A stretch of 64,000 nucleotides of DNA from Camelus dromedarius (Eukaryota), in the NCBI RefSeq assembly GCF_036321535.1, contig NC_087469.1:13392001-13456000 (forward strand), read 5' to 3'. How positions within the stretch are numbered: position 1 is the stretch's first letter; the number at the start of each line of letters is the position of its first letter. Of this stretch, positions 36,130 through 50,720 are shown in pieces. The notes below the pieces were generated by a model that searched no databases, was not told where the DNA came from, and worked only from the letters and a program-made list of their open reading frames with translations. The position numbers and the translations under genes were made by a program.

Positions 36130-36390
36130 TGTGAGGCCAATGCTTCCCGATTTTGAATGTTTTGTAGACCTGGCTTATTTCTACTTCTCCTTCCAGGTTC
36201 AGGCTTCTTTCGAAAGCCTTCATTGATGTCTGTTCTGGTTTAGCACCATGGTCACCATGCTCCTGAAGGACCTGTTCAATCACATGTTTATCACATTGTC
36301 CAGTCCACCCACAACTCCTTTTAGTTTGTAACGTTCTGAAGAGCAGGGATTCTATTTTATTCATCTCTCTATCCTGAGGGTCCACAGCAA
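36130..36390 (+). mobile_element. L2 3' fragment
   Basis: gtaacgttctgaagagcagggattctattttattcatctctctatcc...cacagca. Confidence 0.65.
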
Positions 36391-38039
36391 ACTCTACGCT
36401 TACAGATAGTGAAACTCTTTGTAATATCAGCCCAGATTCACAGGCCTACAACATCTTCTTACCATCATAAAAGTGTTTGTTACTCTCTTTTGTTAACATT
36501 ATCTACGAATTTCATAAAGATTTCTTCTATGGCATCACCCGAGTTATTGACAGAATGTTTTTCAAGATAAGACTGAGTATACAGACCCATGGAATAATAA
36601 CTCAACATTTCTCACTTTATGAGTAATCTTTAGATGTTCCTTGAATTCATGTAACTATGATATATATTGTTCTATATTTTTACCTACCACATGTAACTTT
36701 ATCATGTCCACAGATTATACAAGAAATTCAGCAAATGCTTTCTTGAAATCAAGATAACCTGGGATGATAAAAGTCTTTTACTCTATTAATTTAGTAAACC
36801 TAAAGAAACAAAAATTCTGGGTATAACTTAATGATCCTATGCTGGCTATGAATCATAACACTTCTTTTATAAAACTTTAAAAATTTTTCTTTCTTAAAAT
36901 GTTTTTGGTGTTTTTCTCAGGATTCATTCATCTCTTAGGTAAATCTGACCAAGTTCAGAAAAGACCATTAATGCAGTGTTGGGAATTCTCCACATTTAAG
37001 AATCACAGGCATTCAGGCAGACAGGTGCTGTTACCTGGGCAGAATGGGAAGTAATAGAAACTAAGAGCATGCGCCAGAGTCGGACTTCAGGGGGAGCTGG
37101 TCACATGTAAAGATTAAGAGGCCAACACCTGCAGTCAAACATTACAGACTGGACAAGACATAACGGATCTTCTGTGATGGCCATCAGTACTGAGTGGGCC
37201 AGGTTTGTGAGAGGCCAGGAGTACATGAAAAAACAAGCAGTTGTCCTTTCTAAAGAGTCAGAAATATTGAAGGATACAGCAACTCAGCCTTTTAAATATG
37301 AAATAAGACAAAATTAGGTAAAATTAGTTCAAAGAAATAACTGTGATTCTGGAAAAGATAACTGGGAAACTGCCATTTTGCATTTTTGGATTTACAAAAA
37401 TTGGCAGCAGGTTTGGCTTGAAAATGAGTTGAAATTTTTGCACATTAGACATATTTAAATTTCTCATAGTAATGTATGGAATTGGCCCAGAGTCAAGGAT
37501 GGTTTGTCTCTGCAGGAGATGGAAAACTTACTGATTTTCCGGGCATAAGACAAAAGTCAGTATCACGCAGCAAATTACTGGGCACCTCACTTAAGTCTGC
37601 TGAGTATTTTCTGACACTGATTTCAGGTCTCCTTACTGTATTTACTTTACTTGTTTGTTTGTATTTGTTATTTTTTTCCTCCAATGAAGACACAGAAGAA
37701 ATGTTTTAAATAGAGTCTATGTCTGACTTATGTCTGTAACTGATTAACAATTCATGGTTAAGAACTATATTTTTCTTGTTTATGTATTAGATAAAAAATA
37801 TTATAATTGTAAAAGATAGTTACAATTTTTGAGCACTACAGCTCAACCTGGCACAATTTTGGGGGGAGAAAAAGATCTCATTTGAAGAAAAACCTAATGG
37901 GCATACTTGGCATAAATGAAAAGGCACACATCAGACATAACCTAAATGCGGAAGGCCTAGAGGACAAAGGCAAATTAGCAAGCTGGGGTGGAATGCTTTG
38001 TATGGTCAATATGGTATCACTATCATTTTATTGTTGTTG

Positions 38040-38975
38040 TTTGACTTGTTTTATAACAACTTCATTGAAATGTAACTCACATACCATAAAATTTACCCTT
38101 GGTACGTGAGCAAATCAGCGTTTTCCAGTACATTCACAGAGTTGTACAACCATCACCATGTCCTAATTGTAGAACTTTCATCACTTCCCTCCAGAAAAGC
38201 CCTGTACCCTTCAGCAATCACTTCCCATTCTCCCCTGCCTCCAGCTCCTGGAAGCTTTTAAGCTTCTTTCTCTATGAATTTATCTCTTCAGGACACGTCA
38301 TATACATGGAATCATATAATATGTGGCTTTTCGTGTCTGTTTCCTTCACTTAGCATAACGTTTTCAGGTTCATCCACGATGTGGCATATCTCAATACTTT
38401 ATTACTTTTTAATGCTGAATAATATTCCATTATATGAATATACCACCGTTTGTTTATCCATTCATATTTGATGGACATTTGGATGGTTTTCTCTTTTGAC
38501 TATTATGAATAATATCGCTGCTCTAAACATTCATGTGCAAGTTTTTAGGTGGACATTTGTTTTCAGCTCTTGTGAGTATGTGCCTAGGAGTAAAACTGCT
38601 GGGTCACATGGTAAATTTATGCTTAATGCTTTGAGGGGCTGCTGAACTGGTTTCCTAAGCAGCTGTATCATTTACAGTCCCATCAGCACTGTGTAGGGGT
38701 TCTAATTTCTCCAGATCCTTGCTATCATCTGTCTTTTTGATTATAGCCATCCTCACGTATAGAGGGCATATATCTCATTGTAGTTTTGATTTATAATTCC
38801 CTAATGACTAATGATTTTTGAGCCTCTTTTCAGGTGCTTACTGGTCATTTGCATATCTTATTTGGAAAAATGTCTACTCAAATCCTCTACTCATTTCAAA
38901 ATGTGGCTGTCTGTTATTACTGAGTTGCAAGGGTTTTTGTCAGATATATGGCTTTCAAATATTTTTCCCAAAGAA
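38040..38975 (-). mobile_element. L1MB-type 3' end
   Basis: ttcattgaaatgtaactcacataccataaaatttaccc...cagagttgtacaaccatcacc...tgctgggtcacatggtaa...ttccctaatgactaatgat. Confidence 0.9.
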
Positions 38976-39565
38976 TGAGATTATTTTACTGTGGCTCCAA
39001 TCATTAGTGTGATATTAGAAAAACTCTGAAGCCGGGAGACAAAGTACTACATAAAAGATGAATTTTGGCGTGGGACTTACCAGTTTTCAGCCATGCTTCG
39101 CACACTATAAGCATAAACACCACAGGCAGACATTTCAGTGGCAGAATGGCACCATGCTGTTCACAGAATTTTATATGCAGTTGACAATTTGGGAAAGACG
39201 AAGACTTTTTGTTTTATTTCGTTCATGCTGTGCCAGTTGCATCCTGATCAAACACTGTTCATTGTGTATCCACACATGGATACGATAAGTAACTTGCTGA
39301 CGATTCATCTCTGCAGGATCTTATCTAGACTCTGGTCCAACCAGAATCACTCAACGAATGTTAGTATCACGACTATAATTTTTCTCCAGCTCTTATGTTC
39401 TTTGAATCCAGCATGTGTTTTATACATGCTTTGATTTTAGGATAGTATTTCCAGAAGCTATCAATACTAGCTCAAGTCCTTTATTACTGCTTTTATTTAT
39501 TATGGCTATGTCATTTTTTATCTGTATTATGAGGAAATCAAAAACCACATCTATATTGAAAAACC

Positions 39566-39896
39566 ACAGTCTGAGGTTTAGTTTCCTCATCTATAAAGTG
39601 GGAATAATACACTCATAAGGTTTCTGGGAGGAAATGCCTCAGACTCCACTTATAAAAGGGCCTGGACAGCACATGGCATGCACTGAATAAACAGGACTAG
39701 TTTTCTGATGCACCAATAATCTCTGACGGTGTCTCCTGGATCTCTTTCTTTTGAAGACAGAACAGTCATCACAGTGCGCTGTGCCTGGAATCATCAGCTT
39801 GCTTCCAAACCCTTGCTGCAGCCATAGAAGCATACTCAGGTTCCTTCTGCTTTGGTCTCTTGTGCCTCTTGTGATTGCTTTGGTTCAAAGGTGAGT
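39566..39896 (+). promoter_or_regulatory. Candidate OR8G1 promoter and first exon
   Basis: MIR core 39566-39632 contains an O/E-like TCCCAGAAA (minus strand, 39621-39629). TATAAAA at 39651 and a consensus AAG|GTGAGT donor at 39891. Acceptor candidates are AG 40844-40845 and 40851-40852 after a long pyrimidine tract. Confidence 0.5.
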
Positions 39897-40858
39897 ACAA
39901 AGACACCAAGACAACACACACACTCTTGTTCCGGCCGAAGCATCATGCAAGGCTGACATTCTGCCAGCTGTGGTTTCCCGGAACATAAGCCCAAGGGTCA
40001 TGAACCACATCAGGTCATTCCAAGGACTTAGCACATGGTAAATATTCCATAAGTGTTTTTAGGATGAATGGATTTGGGCTTTTAGTATTTCACACTTCTG
40101 AATTCTCCTCATTAGGAAACTTGCATCCTTCCTGGATGTGGAGTTTAGGCTGAATGATAGACTTATTGTTAGCCATCCAGGTACTTTCCAGACCCACTCT
40201 TTCTGTATATTTGAAAAGGTGCCAGGAGTGGAAGTATTTCACTACAGGCGGTCAGTTGTTGATACACTGTTGTCAGTACTTAACATGAATCTTCCGCCTT
40301 GCATTAATTGCTCTGCACAGTTTCTCTCATATGACAAAAGATATAAAAGATAGAAGGGCAGATATGAGCAGTTAAAATAAGAGATGGAAGGTGAGACTGG
40401 CCTTATTTCATATCGTTGATCCTTTGCTTATTACATGCCTAACTCTGGGCAAATATATCCAACCACAGCAATGTATCAGTTACCTAACATGTAACACAGG
40501 CATGCGAGTATATGCTCTGTAGACAATTTGAGAGGAATACAAACAAATCATGGGAAGTTCTTACAACAATCAAAGTTGACAGAAAAGTTCTTTGGCTGTT
40601 CAGGGACTGGGCAGTACTGAGACCCACTCTTACAGCACAGATCAAAAAAGGCATAGTTCTTTCTGATTTTTAGTTTCATGTCCTATCTTAGATCTCAGGG
40701 TCTTTGAGCACTAACATGGATCAGGAGACAGACAGGGAACGGGAGCTACCTGGGTGAAAACCCTCGATTTTTATGTCACACTTCATTGTAATGGTAGGAC
40801 CATAAATATCTACCTCAAATTTTCCTCTTCTTTTCTTACATAAAGTTCCCAGAGGGAA

Positions 40859-41794
40859 ATGACAGAAGGAAATCATTCCACAGTGACTGAGTTCATCCTC
40901 GCTGGACTAACAGAACAGCCAGAACTCCAGCTGCCCCTCTTCTTCCTTTTCCTGGGAATCTATGTGGTCGCGGTGGTGGGGAACCTGGGCATGATCACAC
41001 TGGTTGGGCTCAGTTCTCACCTGCACACCCCCATGTACTGTTTCCTCAGTAGCTTGTCCTTCATTGATGTCTGTCATTCCACCGTCATTACCCCCAAAAT
41101 GCTGGGGAACTTTGTGACAAAGAAGAATACCATCTCCTACCCTGAATGCATGACCCAGCTCTATTTCTTCCTTGTTTTTGCCGTCTCGGAGTGTTTCATG
41201 CTGGCTGCGATGGCCTATGACCGCTACGTTGCCATCTGTAACCCCTTGCTTTATAACGTCATCATGTCCCATCAGGCCTGTTTCTCTCTGATTTTGGGAG
41301 TGTATATTATAGCCTTGGTGTGTGCATTCTCTCATACAGGCTGCATGCTTAGGGTTCACTTCTGCAAACTTGATGTGATCAACCATTACTTCTGTGATCT
41401 TCTTCCCCTCCTAAAGCTCTCCTGCTCTAGCACCTATGTCAATGAACTACTCATTCTATGTTTTGGAGCCCTTAACATCTTTGTCCCCATCCTGACCATC
41501 CTCAGCTCCTACATCTTCATCATTGCCAGCATCCTCCGCATCCGCTCCAAGGAAGGCAGATCCAAAGCCTTCAGCACGTGCAGCTCCCATATGTTGGCAG
41601 TTGTGATCTTTTTTGGATCTGCTGCATTCATGTACCTGCAGCCATCCTCAGTCAGTTCCATGGACCAAGGGAAAGTGTCCTCTGTGTTTTATACCATTAT
41701 TGTGCCCATGCTGAATCCCCTGATCTATAGCCTTCGGAATAAAGATGTCAATGTTGCCCTAAAGAAAGTGCTAGAAAGAAGAATATTCTTGTGA
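40859..41794 (+). CDS. OR8G1: Olfactory receptor family 8 subfamily G (OR8G1-like), intact, 311 aa
   Basis: [24 protein letters not shown] and [25 protein letters not shown]...[21 protein letters not shown] match recalled human OR8G1. Confidence 0.88.
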   Translation: MTEGNHSTVTEFILAGLTEQPELQLPLFFLFLGIYVVAVVGNLGMITLVGLSSHLHTPMYCFLSSLSFIDVCHSTVITPKMLGNFVTKKNTISYPECMTQLYFFLVFAVSECFMLAAMAYDRYVAICNPLLYNVIMSHQACFSLILGVYIIALVCAFSHTGCMLRVHFCKLDVINHYFCDLLPLLKLSCSSTYVNELLILCFGALNIFVPILTILSSYIFIIASILRIRSKEGRSKAFSTCSSHMLAVVIFFGSAAFMYLQPSSVSSMDQGKVSSVFYTIIVPMLNPLIYSLRNKDVNVALKKVLERRIFL

Positions 41795-42879
41795 TCAGAA
41801 ATAATATGAGGATGACTTTTTATTCTACATCATTGTCTATTATATTGTATGAATTGGTGTGTTTAATATATCCATATATTTAGTGGGATTCTATTAACAT
41901 TATTTCTTACTCCTATGGCCTTGGTGCCATTTCTTTGTGGATGTTTCTCTGATAAATATCATTGAGACACAGATTAAAAGAAATTCTAAAGATGACTTGG
42001 ATACATGGACCCACTAGTGCCATCAAAATTATCTCTTTCTCTTTTCTTTCATACAATTGATAAAAACCCTCTATCAATGAAAATATTTTCTAGCAGTGAT
42101 TATCAACCTCCTTTCTTCTACCCAATCAAAAAATAACAAAACCATAGCAACGTGATGACTGTATTCTTTACCTTTTGCACATCTCTACTCTGGAAAAGTC
42201 TCTTTCCCTTCATCTCCTACCGCACACCTTTGTTCTCTGAGTTATTTCCTCTTTTTCCTCCTTAAGAAACATGATTAGACTTTTAAAATCTGAGTTACAG
42301 ACCTACATTTGTTGTTATTGTGCCCAATCAAATATCCTCCTGCTTTGGCATCTATTACTCTAGTTGTAACTGTCTGTTTATTGTCAAAATCCACGCTGGA
42401 CTGTGATCTCCCTCAAGGTAGCCTCCTGTCGTGTGTGGTGCACTGCCATATCTCAGGGTAGCAGAATGCCTGCTACCTAGTAGGTCCTTGATAATTTTCT
42501 TGGTATTTATTTCCCTCTATAAAATATTTATATGAAAACCACTATGTACCCAATTCTGTCTTCCCCCTTTAACTCCTTCAAGAGCTATAAATGGCTTTTT
42601 TGGTTTTAGTTCAAATCAATTAAGTGTAAGTTTGGAGAATTCTTCAAAGATCTGTAAGATAACTAGTAAAATTCTTACTTGTTTCTATACAAGGACTGAG
42701 AAGTACTAATTCTGAATTCCTTCGGTGGCAAATTCCAACACAGATGTGGTAATTTTTGAATATCTGATTTCTTATGTCATTAAAATCTGTTGACACCAGG
42801 AAGTCCCTGAAGCAAGTCTAATTTATTCTTGAATTCAAGTATGCAGCAATAGAGAATCAAAAAAATTTTAAGAAGATTT

Positions 42880-43060
42880 TAAGTCTAATGGGTCAGCATA
42901 GCAAATCACGTGGTAAAGTGAGGCCTGACTTTTTAGATTTAACTCCAAGGACATGATCTATGGAAGAAAAACACTGGTGAGATGGAACTTATTAAAACTG
43001 AAAACTTCTACTCTGTGAATTACACTGTCAGAAGAATGTAAAAAGCTCACATCAGAGGTA
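42880..43060 (+). mobile_element. Old L1 ORF2 fragment
   Basis: actccaaggacatgatctatggaagaaaac...ggaacttattaaaactgaaaacttctactctg. Confidence 0.7.
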
Positions 43061-43850
43061 ATGATTTGATTGTGAGGAAAACAGAATCTTTTTATGTATT
43101 TTTTTTTTTTTTAGAAAAGAGAGAGTGGAACAATCATTCATTATTTTCGCTCTCTTTCCAGCCCTATATTCAAGAAATACTAGTTCCAAGACCAGTAGAG
43201 CAGAGCGGCCAGGCTGCTGTAAACTGCCTTTGCAACCCAGACATGGAACTGTGGTGAGCCTCACTGAATTACTGCGGCTTCTGCACAGACTCAAGGACTA
43301 GCTCCCACCAGAGGGCTCAACTTGTCCCTGGATTTGTCAAATACATAAGCTCTTATCAGGGCTTTAGATTTTTGTCTTCTACTATGGAGCTTCCCTTTAA
43401 ATGGGTGGTAGATTTCATTAATGGGCAAATAAAAATGGGCAGAGGTCTTACTGTGAAAAGAATACTGTACGTTATTACACTAAGAAAGAGAAGTGGGTCA
43501 ACTAAAATACTGCAAACCTAAAAGCTAAGACGTAACTTACAGATATGGATTTGAAACACTCTTTCTAGGTAGCAAGTCTGTTTAGGAAATCAAGTGATTT
43601 AAAAATGTTGCTTCAGTTTTATGATCATAGTAAGAGCATAGAAAAAAGAAAACAAAATAAAGTAGAACAAGTTAATTAAACTGGAGAGAGAGAGAGAGGA
43701 CAGGACAGACCACAAACCTATGTATTAGAAAATGGTAACTTAAAGGCCAGGAACCCAGGACTCTAGTCACTGAAATATTAAAGCCACTGAAAAAAAGTAA
43801 ATAGCACACATTTCCCTTAAAGACTGAAAGATCTTAAGATCTTTAATCTT

Positions 43851-44197
43851 AATGTTGTGTCAAATTCCAGTGTAGAGCACAATTTTCCAGTTATACATGA
43901 ACATATATATATTCATTGTCACATTCCTTTCTCTGTGAGCTACCATAAGATCTTGTGTATATTTCCCTGTGCTATACAGTATAATCCTGTTTATCTATTA
44001 TACAATTTTGAAATCCCGTCTATCCCTTTCCACCCTCCGCCCCCTTGGCAACCGCAAGTCTGTATTCTATGTCTATGAGTCTATTTCTGTTTTGTATTTA
44101 TGCTTTTTTTTTTGTTTTTTTTTTTTAGATTCCACATATAAGCAATCTCATATGGTATTTTTCTTTCTCTTTCTGGCTTACTTCACTTAGAATGACA
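43851..44197 (-). mobile_element. Young camelid-type L1 3'UTR fragment lacking its polyA end
   Basis: aatgttgtgtcaaattccagtgtagagcac...ggcttacttcacttagaatgac is antisense to the same region as 9900-10260. There is no polyT at the left edge. Confidence 0.88.
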
Positions 44198-44239
44198 AGT
44201 TCAGCATAATCTACCACATTATGCATTCATTCCAAATTA

Positions 44240-44800
44240 AAGTATTTAATCAGGGGAAATGAAAACATAAGTTTATAGAAAGATTTGTATATAAAGATTA
44301 ATAGTAGCTTTATTTATAAAAGCCCAATACAAGAAGCAGCAAAAGTGTTGATCAATAGAAGACATTGTGTGGCTTATTATCAAATGTATGCTACTCATTA
44401 AGAAAAGCAATGAACTACTGATATGCCCAGCAACATGGATGAATCTCAGAATAATTATTCTAAGCAGAAGGAGCCAGACACCCACCTGCTAAAAGAGTAC
44501 ATTTATATAATCCCATCTATATAAAATTCTAGAAAAATCAAACTAGCCTATATTGGCAGGAAAGAGATCATTATTTGCCTGGGGACAGATGTGGGGGATT
44601 ACAAAGAGATAGGAATAAAAGTTTGTGCATGATGGGTATGTTTATTGCCTGATTGTGGTAATGGTTTTACATAAGTGTACACATTTATATTTTTATATAC
44701 ACACATATATGTACACAGAGAGATGGACAGATAAGGAATACTAGTGTATTTTTAAATAAACAGATAACTATTTCTATTACATCTCAATAAAGCTCAATAA
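44240..44800 (+). mobile_element. L1MD/ME-type 3' end
   Basis: aatgaactactgatatgcccagcaacatggatgaatctcagaataattattctaagcagaaggagccagacac. Confidence 0.85.
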
Positions 44801-47800
44801 ATTTCAAATAAAAATGTGGTATTGATTAAACAAAAAAATAGACTGGAAGCTATTCACTAAGTACATTTAATCACATGTAATCTGTACCTGATCACTAATT
44901 CAGCTAAGTCTGTCTTTTGTTGCTCTGTTTTAATGCATAAGCCTAGATATAAAAAAACCGTATCAATTACATTACTGGATGTAGAAGATTTTCCAATACT
45001 AATTACACTAAAAATCTCTTGTCAGGGAAGTTCAATTAATTGTTTGCTATTTTCAAACTAAAAGCTTCCATTCATTTCCTAATTTATCCTAATACACTCT
45101 CATTCTGTACTTTCTATTCATATCTAGTTATAACCTATAAAATGTCAGAACAGAAAAACTCCTTCATGATTTATGTTCCTCTAGCTATTTAAAAAGAGAT
45201 AACTCCATAAGTTCACTGTGCTTTCTTCTTTTCGTTACTTTGGAAAAAAGAATTTCTACAGCAATTACCATGATTCCAATATATATTTATAAAGCTATCA
45301 ATTATATATGTAATGTGTATATACATATATATGTATTCTTCCACATATATGAGTATATATGAAAGGAAAACTAACTGTAGACACTCATAGGAGTTTTCTT
45401 CCTCCTACTCACAGCTCTTTCTTATTCTCCATACACCCCAGGGTATCTAATTCTAGTCAGAAAATTCTCTAAAAAGATAAAACTTTTTTACTTTACAAAT
45501 ATTTTAGGTTTTCTTCAACAACAAAAATGATAACAAGGAGACTGAGGCAAAGGGAGGTTAAACACCTTTTTAAATGTTACACGCTTAGAAAAAAACCAGA
45601 GTCAGGATTAGAGCCCAGCCAGGCACACTGACTTCAATCAACTTTCCCTTGACCACGCCAACATAAAACAGTAGCCGCGAATCTCACACAGATGCAACGA
45701 GAGTAGAGAGCAGTGAGTTACGAATTCCACCTTGGGGGCTCTGGGAAGGCTTTGTAGGAAAAGTTACATGAGAGTCAGACCTTTAGTGATGAACAAAATC
45801 TGTCATGGAACAGATGAAACGAAAGAATAAATGAATGTCAGGCAAAGAGAATCTTAGGAAGTCCCTGTCAGTCAGAGGGCAGTGAACACCTCCACGTGGT
45901 CATGCATAAAAGGGAGGAAATAATGGTGGAAAGAAAAGTAGACAGCAGAGTTGAATTTTATAAAGGGCAGGACACCGGGTAAAACTAAGGAGTCTTAACT
46001 GTAGTCTTAGCTGTGGACACAGGGGATCCATTCCAGGAATGACAGGTAAGCTTAGTCTGCACTGACTACAGGGCCAGGCCAGGCATCACACCCGCATCCG
46101 CACTGTATTAGCATAATAGAGACAGCTCTGCTCTCCTGCTCTGCTTCGTGCATCATATGCACTAAACTTTGCGTATGAGCCAGACCAGTCATGCTCAGAG
46201 GCCTCCTCTGCCCCGCAACCTAGCTCCTAGCCCTTTTCTTCCATTTTCTGAGCACATGCAGCAAATATGGTGAAGCTGGAACAAAATAATTCGATCTCTG
46301 GTTTCTCTGTAGTTATTCATTCCACCACATCACAAAATTTTCCAAAACTCTGTTTTATCTCCTGTATGTTACCATGCTGACTGATACACCTCTGGAGTTC
46401 TTGAATTTTCTAAGACTCAGTGCATAAGCCCTGTGCATGCTAATCTGCATATGAGCTGGAAAGTGACAGGGGTAAAGAGGTAAATAAGTTTCAGGAGAAA
46501 CAGGAAATCTTTAGAAAATGACCCTTAGTCTGAGTGAGCAACAGGCCCACAACAACTGCTGGAAGAACTTGCAACAATCTTAGAAGAAGAGAATAAGGGC
46601 CGTTCCACCTTACTGAGTGGGAAACTTCACAGTTAGCAGGATGTGACTGACGCTCACGCACATGAACCATGTGACTGCTGGGCTAATGGTCAGTAAAACA
46701 CTGAGAACCTCATCCTCTGTGCACAGAATCACATGCTCATTATCACTGAGCTTCCTTCAACCACCGAAGTTCTCCAGCTAATGGTCTGACATCCACTCAG
46801 CCACGTATTTTGTGTTCCATCCCAGTGTTAGTAAAATGTTATATCCAGTCACCTGAAACCAACCAACCGCAAATGCTCACCTAGAGGCACCCCTTCTGCT
46901 CAGACTCCAAGACACGACCTTGTGCAAAGTGCCCTGTACTTCTCTCCCGAAACCTCTTCATCTCCTTGCCTGGCTCCTCCTCCTCCCTTCAGTGGAGTCT
47001 TTAAGGAGTCTCTCAACCATATCATTTAAAAAACATTTTTAAAAGAAGATATAAAAATGAAATTGGGATGAGGTATTTGAAGTACTAATTTATGGGGTAA
47101 AAATATATAGTCAGAGAATATTACAAATTATGCTTGTGTGCTTACCTTCCCTGTTTTGTTTACTTAAATGGCACTTTTATAACAAATGGAAATCATCTGA
47201 CCTACTATAGTTCACTCTCCAGATTTAGTGACATCATGTATTCTCTTTGTTTTAGGTCTTTTTACAATATCCTTTTTTTTCCCTTAATGCTGAGTAATAT
47301 TTAGGTAATCCTAGAGTTTGTCTTGTTTCTGATGTGTGACTGGAGTATATTCCAAAATACAAGTATGAATCTGTTCCATATTTTTGGCACCAGGCTTGCC
47401 ATTACCAAGTGAATGGGTTGATAAGCCAGACAAGCTCAGTGTTAAAAGATGAAGATGCTATTACTGGATGAGACCCCTAAAGAGAGCCATCAAGACCCCT
47501 CCTTCTACTTGACTTGCTAATAGCCCCAATAGCTTTTTTAGAATCAGTCATTTATGGTGATGAGAGAGAACTGAACTTGAAGGGAATTTTCAAGGTTATT
47601 TGGATATATAAAGGAAGTTGACTAGTATAAATTATTCATGAAAGGTTGTTTCCTGAAACTGAGCTTAAGATGTATTAATGCCCATACTCATGATGCATAA
47701 ACCATCATGGATTCAATCAAATTTGTTAAGAATATGAAAGCCAGACACACTCATTTCTGTACTTTCTTCATTACCTGATAACTCAAGGTTATTCCAAGCC

Positions 47801-49140
47801 ACTGGAAAGGGGCTCCAGAGATTTAATCTGAGCCATCTGGAAACGAAATAGTCTGACAAAATTGGATGGAAATGTATTAATGAGCAGAAGTCTTCTTCCT
47901 TCAATTTCCTCACATTCTAAGAAGGATTTTGTATGTTAGGTCAGTCATACCAAATTGTAAATCTTTTTTTTTAACATAATGTAACTTCTGTGATCTTTAA
48001 AATGCATAGAAGAATGTACAGTAGAAGAGCTATACAAAATGTATTCCATATAGATCTGAAATACAGATCTACAGATTCTTGAAAGTAACTTGATTACTGC
48101 CTAATTGATATGTGAGACAATATAACTGGTAATACATGCTGCTTTATTAGATCGGCACACTAAGACAAATTATCACGGAACAATGTTGTATTGGGGATTG
48201 TTGGAGATGCTGGTACATTTAAGATCTTATAGATTATGAACAATGTGAAAAGACGGTTTACAAAGGGCAAATACCAGTGTTTGCTGCTAAAGCCTCTTTT
48301 GTTGATGAAGTTAGACATTTACTATTAGAAATGACTTGTTATGATGACAAAATGAGAGGCCTTTAGGAAAGACAGGTATTTTAATAATTAATAAAGGTTT
48401 ATACTTAAATATCTGTGAAACTTTTCCTCCTTTGAATTGTGCAAGACACTACATTTAACTGTTCCCATGACACTGGTTGGAATCATGAGATAACATCTCT
48501 TATGATTTAGCCAGATCAGCCTGTCTCCAGTTTGTTATTTAGGAATGCTCTATAAATAAAAACCAAGTGGAGGAGAACTGTGTGGTATGAGCGTAATATG
48601 ATGCCCCTTCAGAGGTTCAGCTCTTACCCTGAGGAGTATGACACACAAATCTCTACTATCAGCCGCAGTATCTAGAATCCGCCCTAGATCTTCCTCTCCA
48701 AACTCCTGTTGGATGTTTTTTCCATATGTATATCCTGAATCATACAAAATAGTATCCTTCCAGAGTTATATTTAACTCGTCAATCTTGGAGGTATCAGAT
48801 TCCAAGAGCCATGCTTATGTATCTCCACTTTCTTTCATTTTTTTGACTATCGTCTACCACCCACCTTGTGCACACACGCAGTAATACGTGAACACAATTT
48901 TTACATAAATGCTTTTGTGTTAATATAAATACATAGACTTGCAAAGGTAAAACTTCAACTCAACTTAAAAAGTGGGATTTATTTATATAAATGAGATCAC
49001 TTCAGTCCAGTTAGGTGGCAGGGGGGCAAAGTCTGTAAACTTACTGAATATTGGAAATCATATACAGCAAATAAGGGGGCAGGCTGTTATTTCTAGATGA
49101 TGCAAATTTTCATTTATGTTACACCATAAATTGAGGTATG

Positions 49141-49341
49141 CTCTTGGGGACCTTCTTTAGGAAATTTCTCTGTGCTGTGGGACTAATTGACTCAAATATA
49201 ATATGATCTTGAGAGACTCATCTCCCTCTCTGGAGCTCCAATCTACTACCTAAACTTTTCAGAGAATAGTAGACAAAGACAGGAAATGGTTGTGGGGTGG
49301 CCAGGAAGACCTCTCCAAATCTAAAGAATGAATCTGTGAGT
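49141..49341 (+). promoter_or_regulatory. Candidate promoter and first exon of the second OR10D gene
   Basis: O/E-type CCCCAAGAG on the minus strand (49141-49149), CTAATTGA at about 49183, GTGAGT donor at 49336, and acceptor ttctaacAG 2 nt before ATG 50956. Confidence 0.4.
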
Positions 49342-49379
49342 GGTTTTCCATCACAAAGGGGCAACTGATTTCTGTGTTA

Positions 49380-50720
49380 AGTTTTTTGGGAGGCAGTGGA
49401 GGTATAGTGGAAAGAACCTTAAACTTGGAGTCAGAAGATTTGGGTATGACTTGCTCTTCATTTTTCAGTTTTAGAAAAGTTTTTAACTCTCTGAATGTCA
49501 GTGTCCTTTTTTGGAAATTGGGGTTAATTACCATGACCTTACAAGAACTTTGTGAGACTTAAGAGATCATAAAATTATATTATAACAATTAAGCAATTAA
49601 AAAATAACTATTTATAATTACCATTATTTATGAATGAATGTTAGAAAGTCAGAGTTGGTAATTTAGAAGATCTTCCTACTGTTCTTTGTGTGAGACCCTA
49701 CTGTACATCTAACAGATGGAGGAACTTGGGCAATTTGCTTAAACTCCTGTGCCTCAGTTTCCTAATGTGAAGGAGAGTTAACACTACCTGTCTCATAGAG
49801 TCGTGGTAAGGACAAAAGGCACTAATGTACATAAAGCACTCAGTATAGTGTCTGGACATGTTTGTATTAACATAAATCAGGATGTTTGTCACTTTTTTAA
49901 AACTACAGATCATACACAAAAGCATCCCAAAGAGTTTCCATCATTCTAAGGCACTCTTGTTCAGTGGAATTCTGGCCTTCCACATGGCATGTGTCTCTAT
50001 TCTACTGAGATATATTAAGAATGGTATTCAGTTATTACTGTAACTCATATAGCTATATTCATAATTCTTACTGTTATACAAGTGAATAGATTTATCATAT
50101 TTAAATCAAAGCCACCTGTTCACTAGGAGTAATATTTGTTAAGCTTTATTGTGCCTTCTCAGATATATTTGAAAAGACGAACTATGTAATAAAGTCAAAG
50201 AATTTCAGAGGACATTAATGCTGCATGTAGGATAACTCTGCGTGCAAATTAGAAACACAGGGTCATCACATCCCTGAAAGAACAGCATCTTACCCCTACC
50301 TAAAACCTTACAGTAGTGAGAACACAATCCTTCACAGGGAAACTTACCCATGATTTATTTTTCTATACTGAAATTAAAATCTAACTTTTTATTAGTTCCA
50401 CTCTTTTTTACTGGTTATTCACCATAGAAAAGCATGCAGCAAATCTACATAGCACCTGAAGACAAGTGTCATGTCTCTGCTTCTCTAAGCCACATTTCCT
50501 GGGAGCTTTCACAGTAAAAGGGTTAGAAGCTTTAGCTCTGGAGTCAGACTTGAGTTTTAATCTCAGATGAGTTACTTTCTAGCTACGTGATCAAGTTACT
50601 AAAACTCTGTGCTTTTATTTCCTCTTCCACTTAATAAGGTTGTTCTGAGATTTAAATGTAAAAATAAAAGAACATAAAAATAAATTAGCATAGCACTTAC
50701 AATGCTGTCAATATTAGCTG
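49380..50720 (+). mobile_element. Three MIR fragments (about 49380-49620, 49640-49880 and 50510-50720)
   Basis: aacttggagtcagaagatttggg, aaactcctgtgcctcagtttcctaatgtgaa and gctctggagtcagacttgagttttaatctc. Confidence 0.8.
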
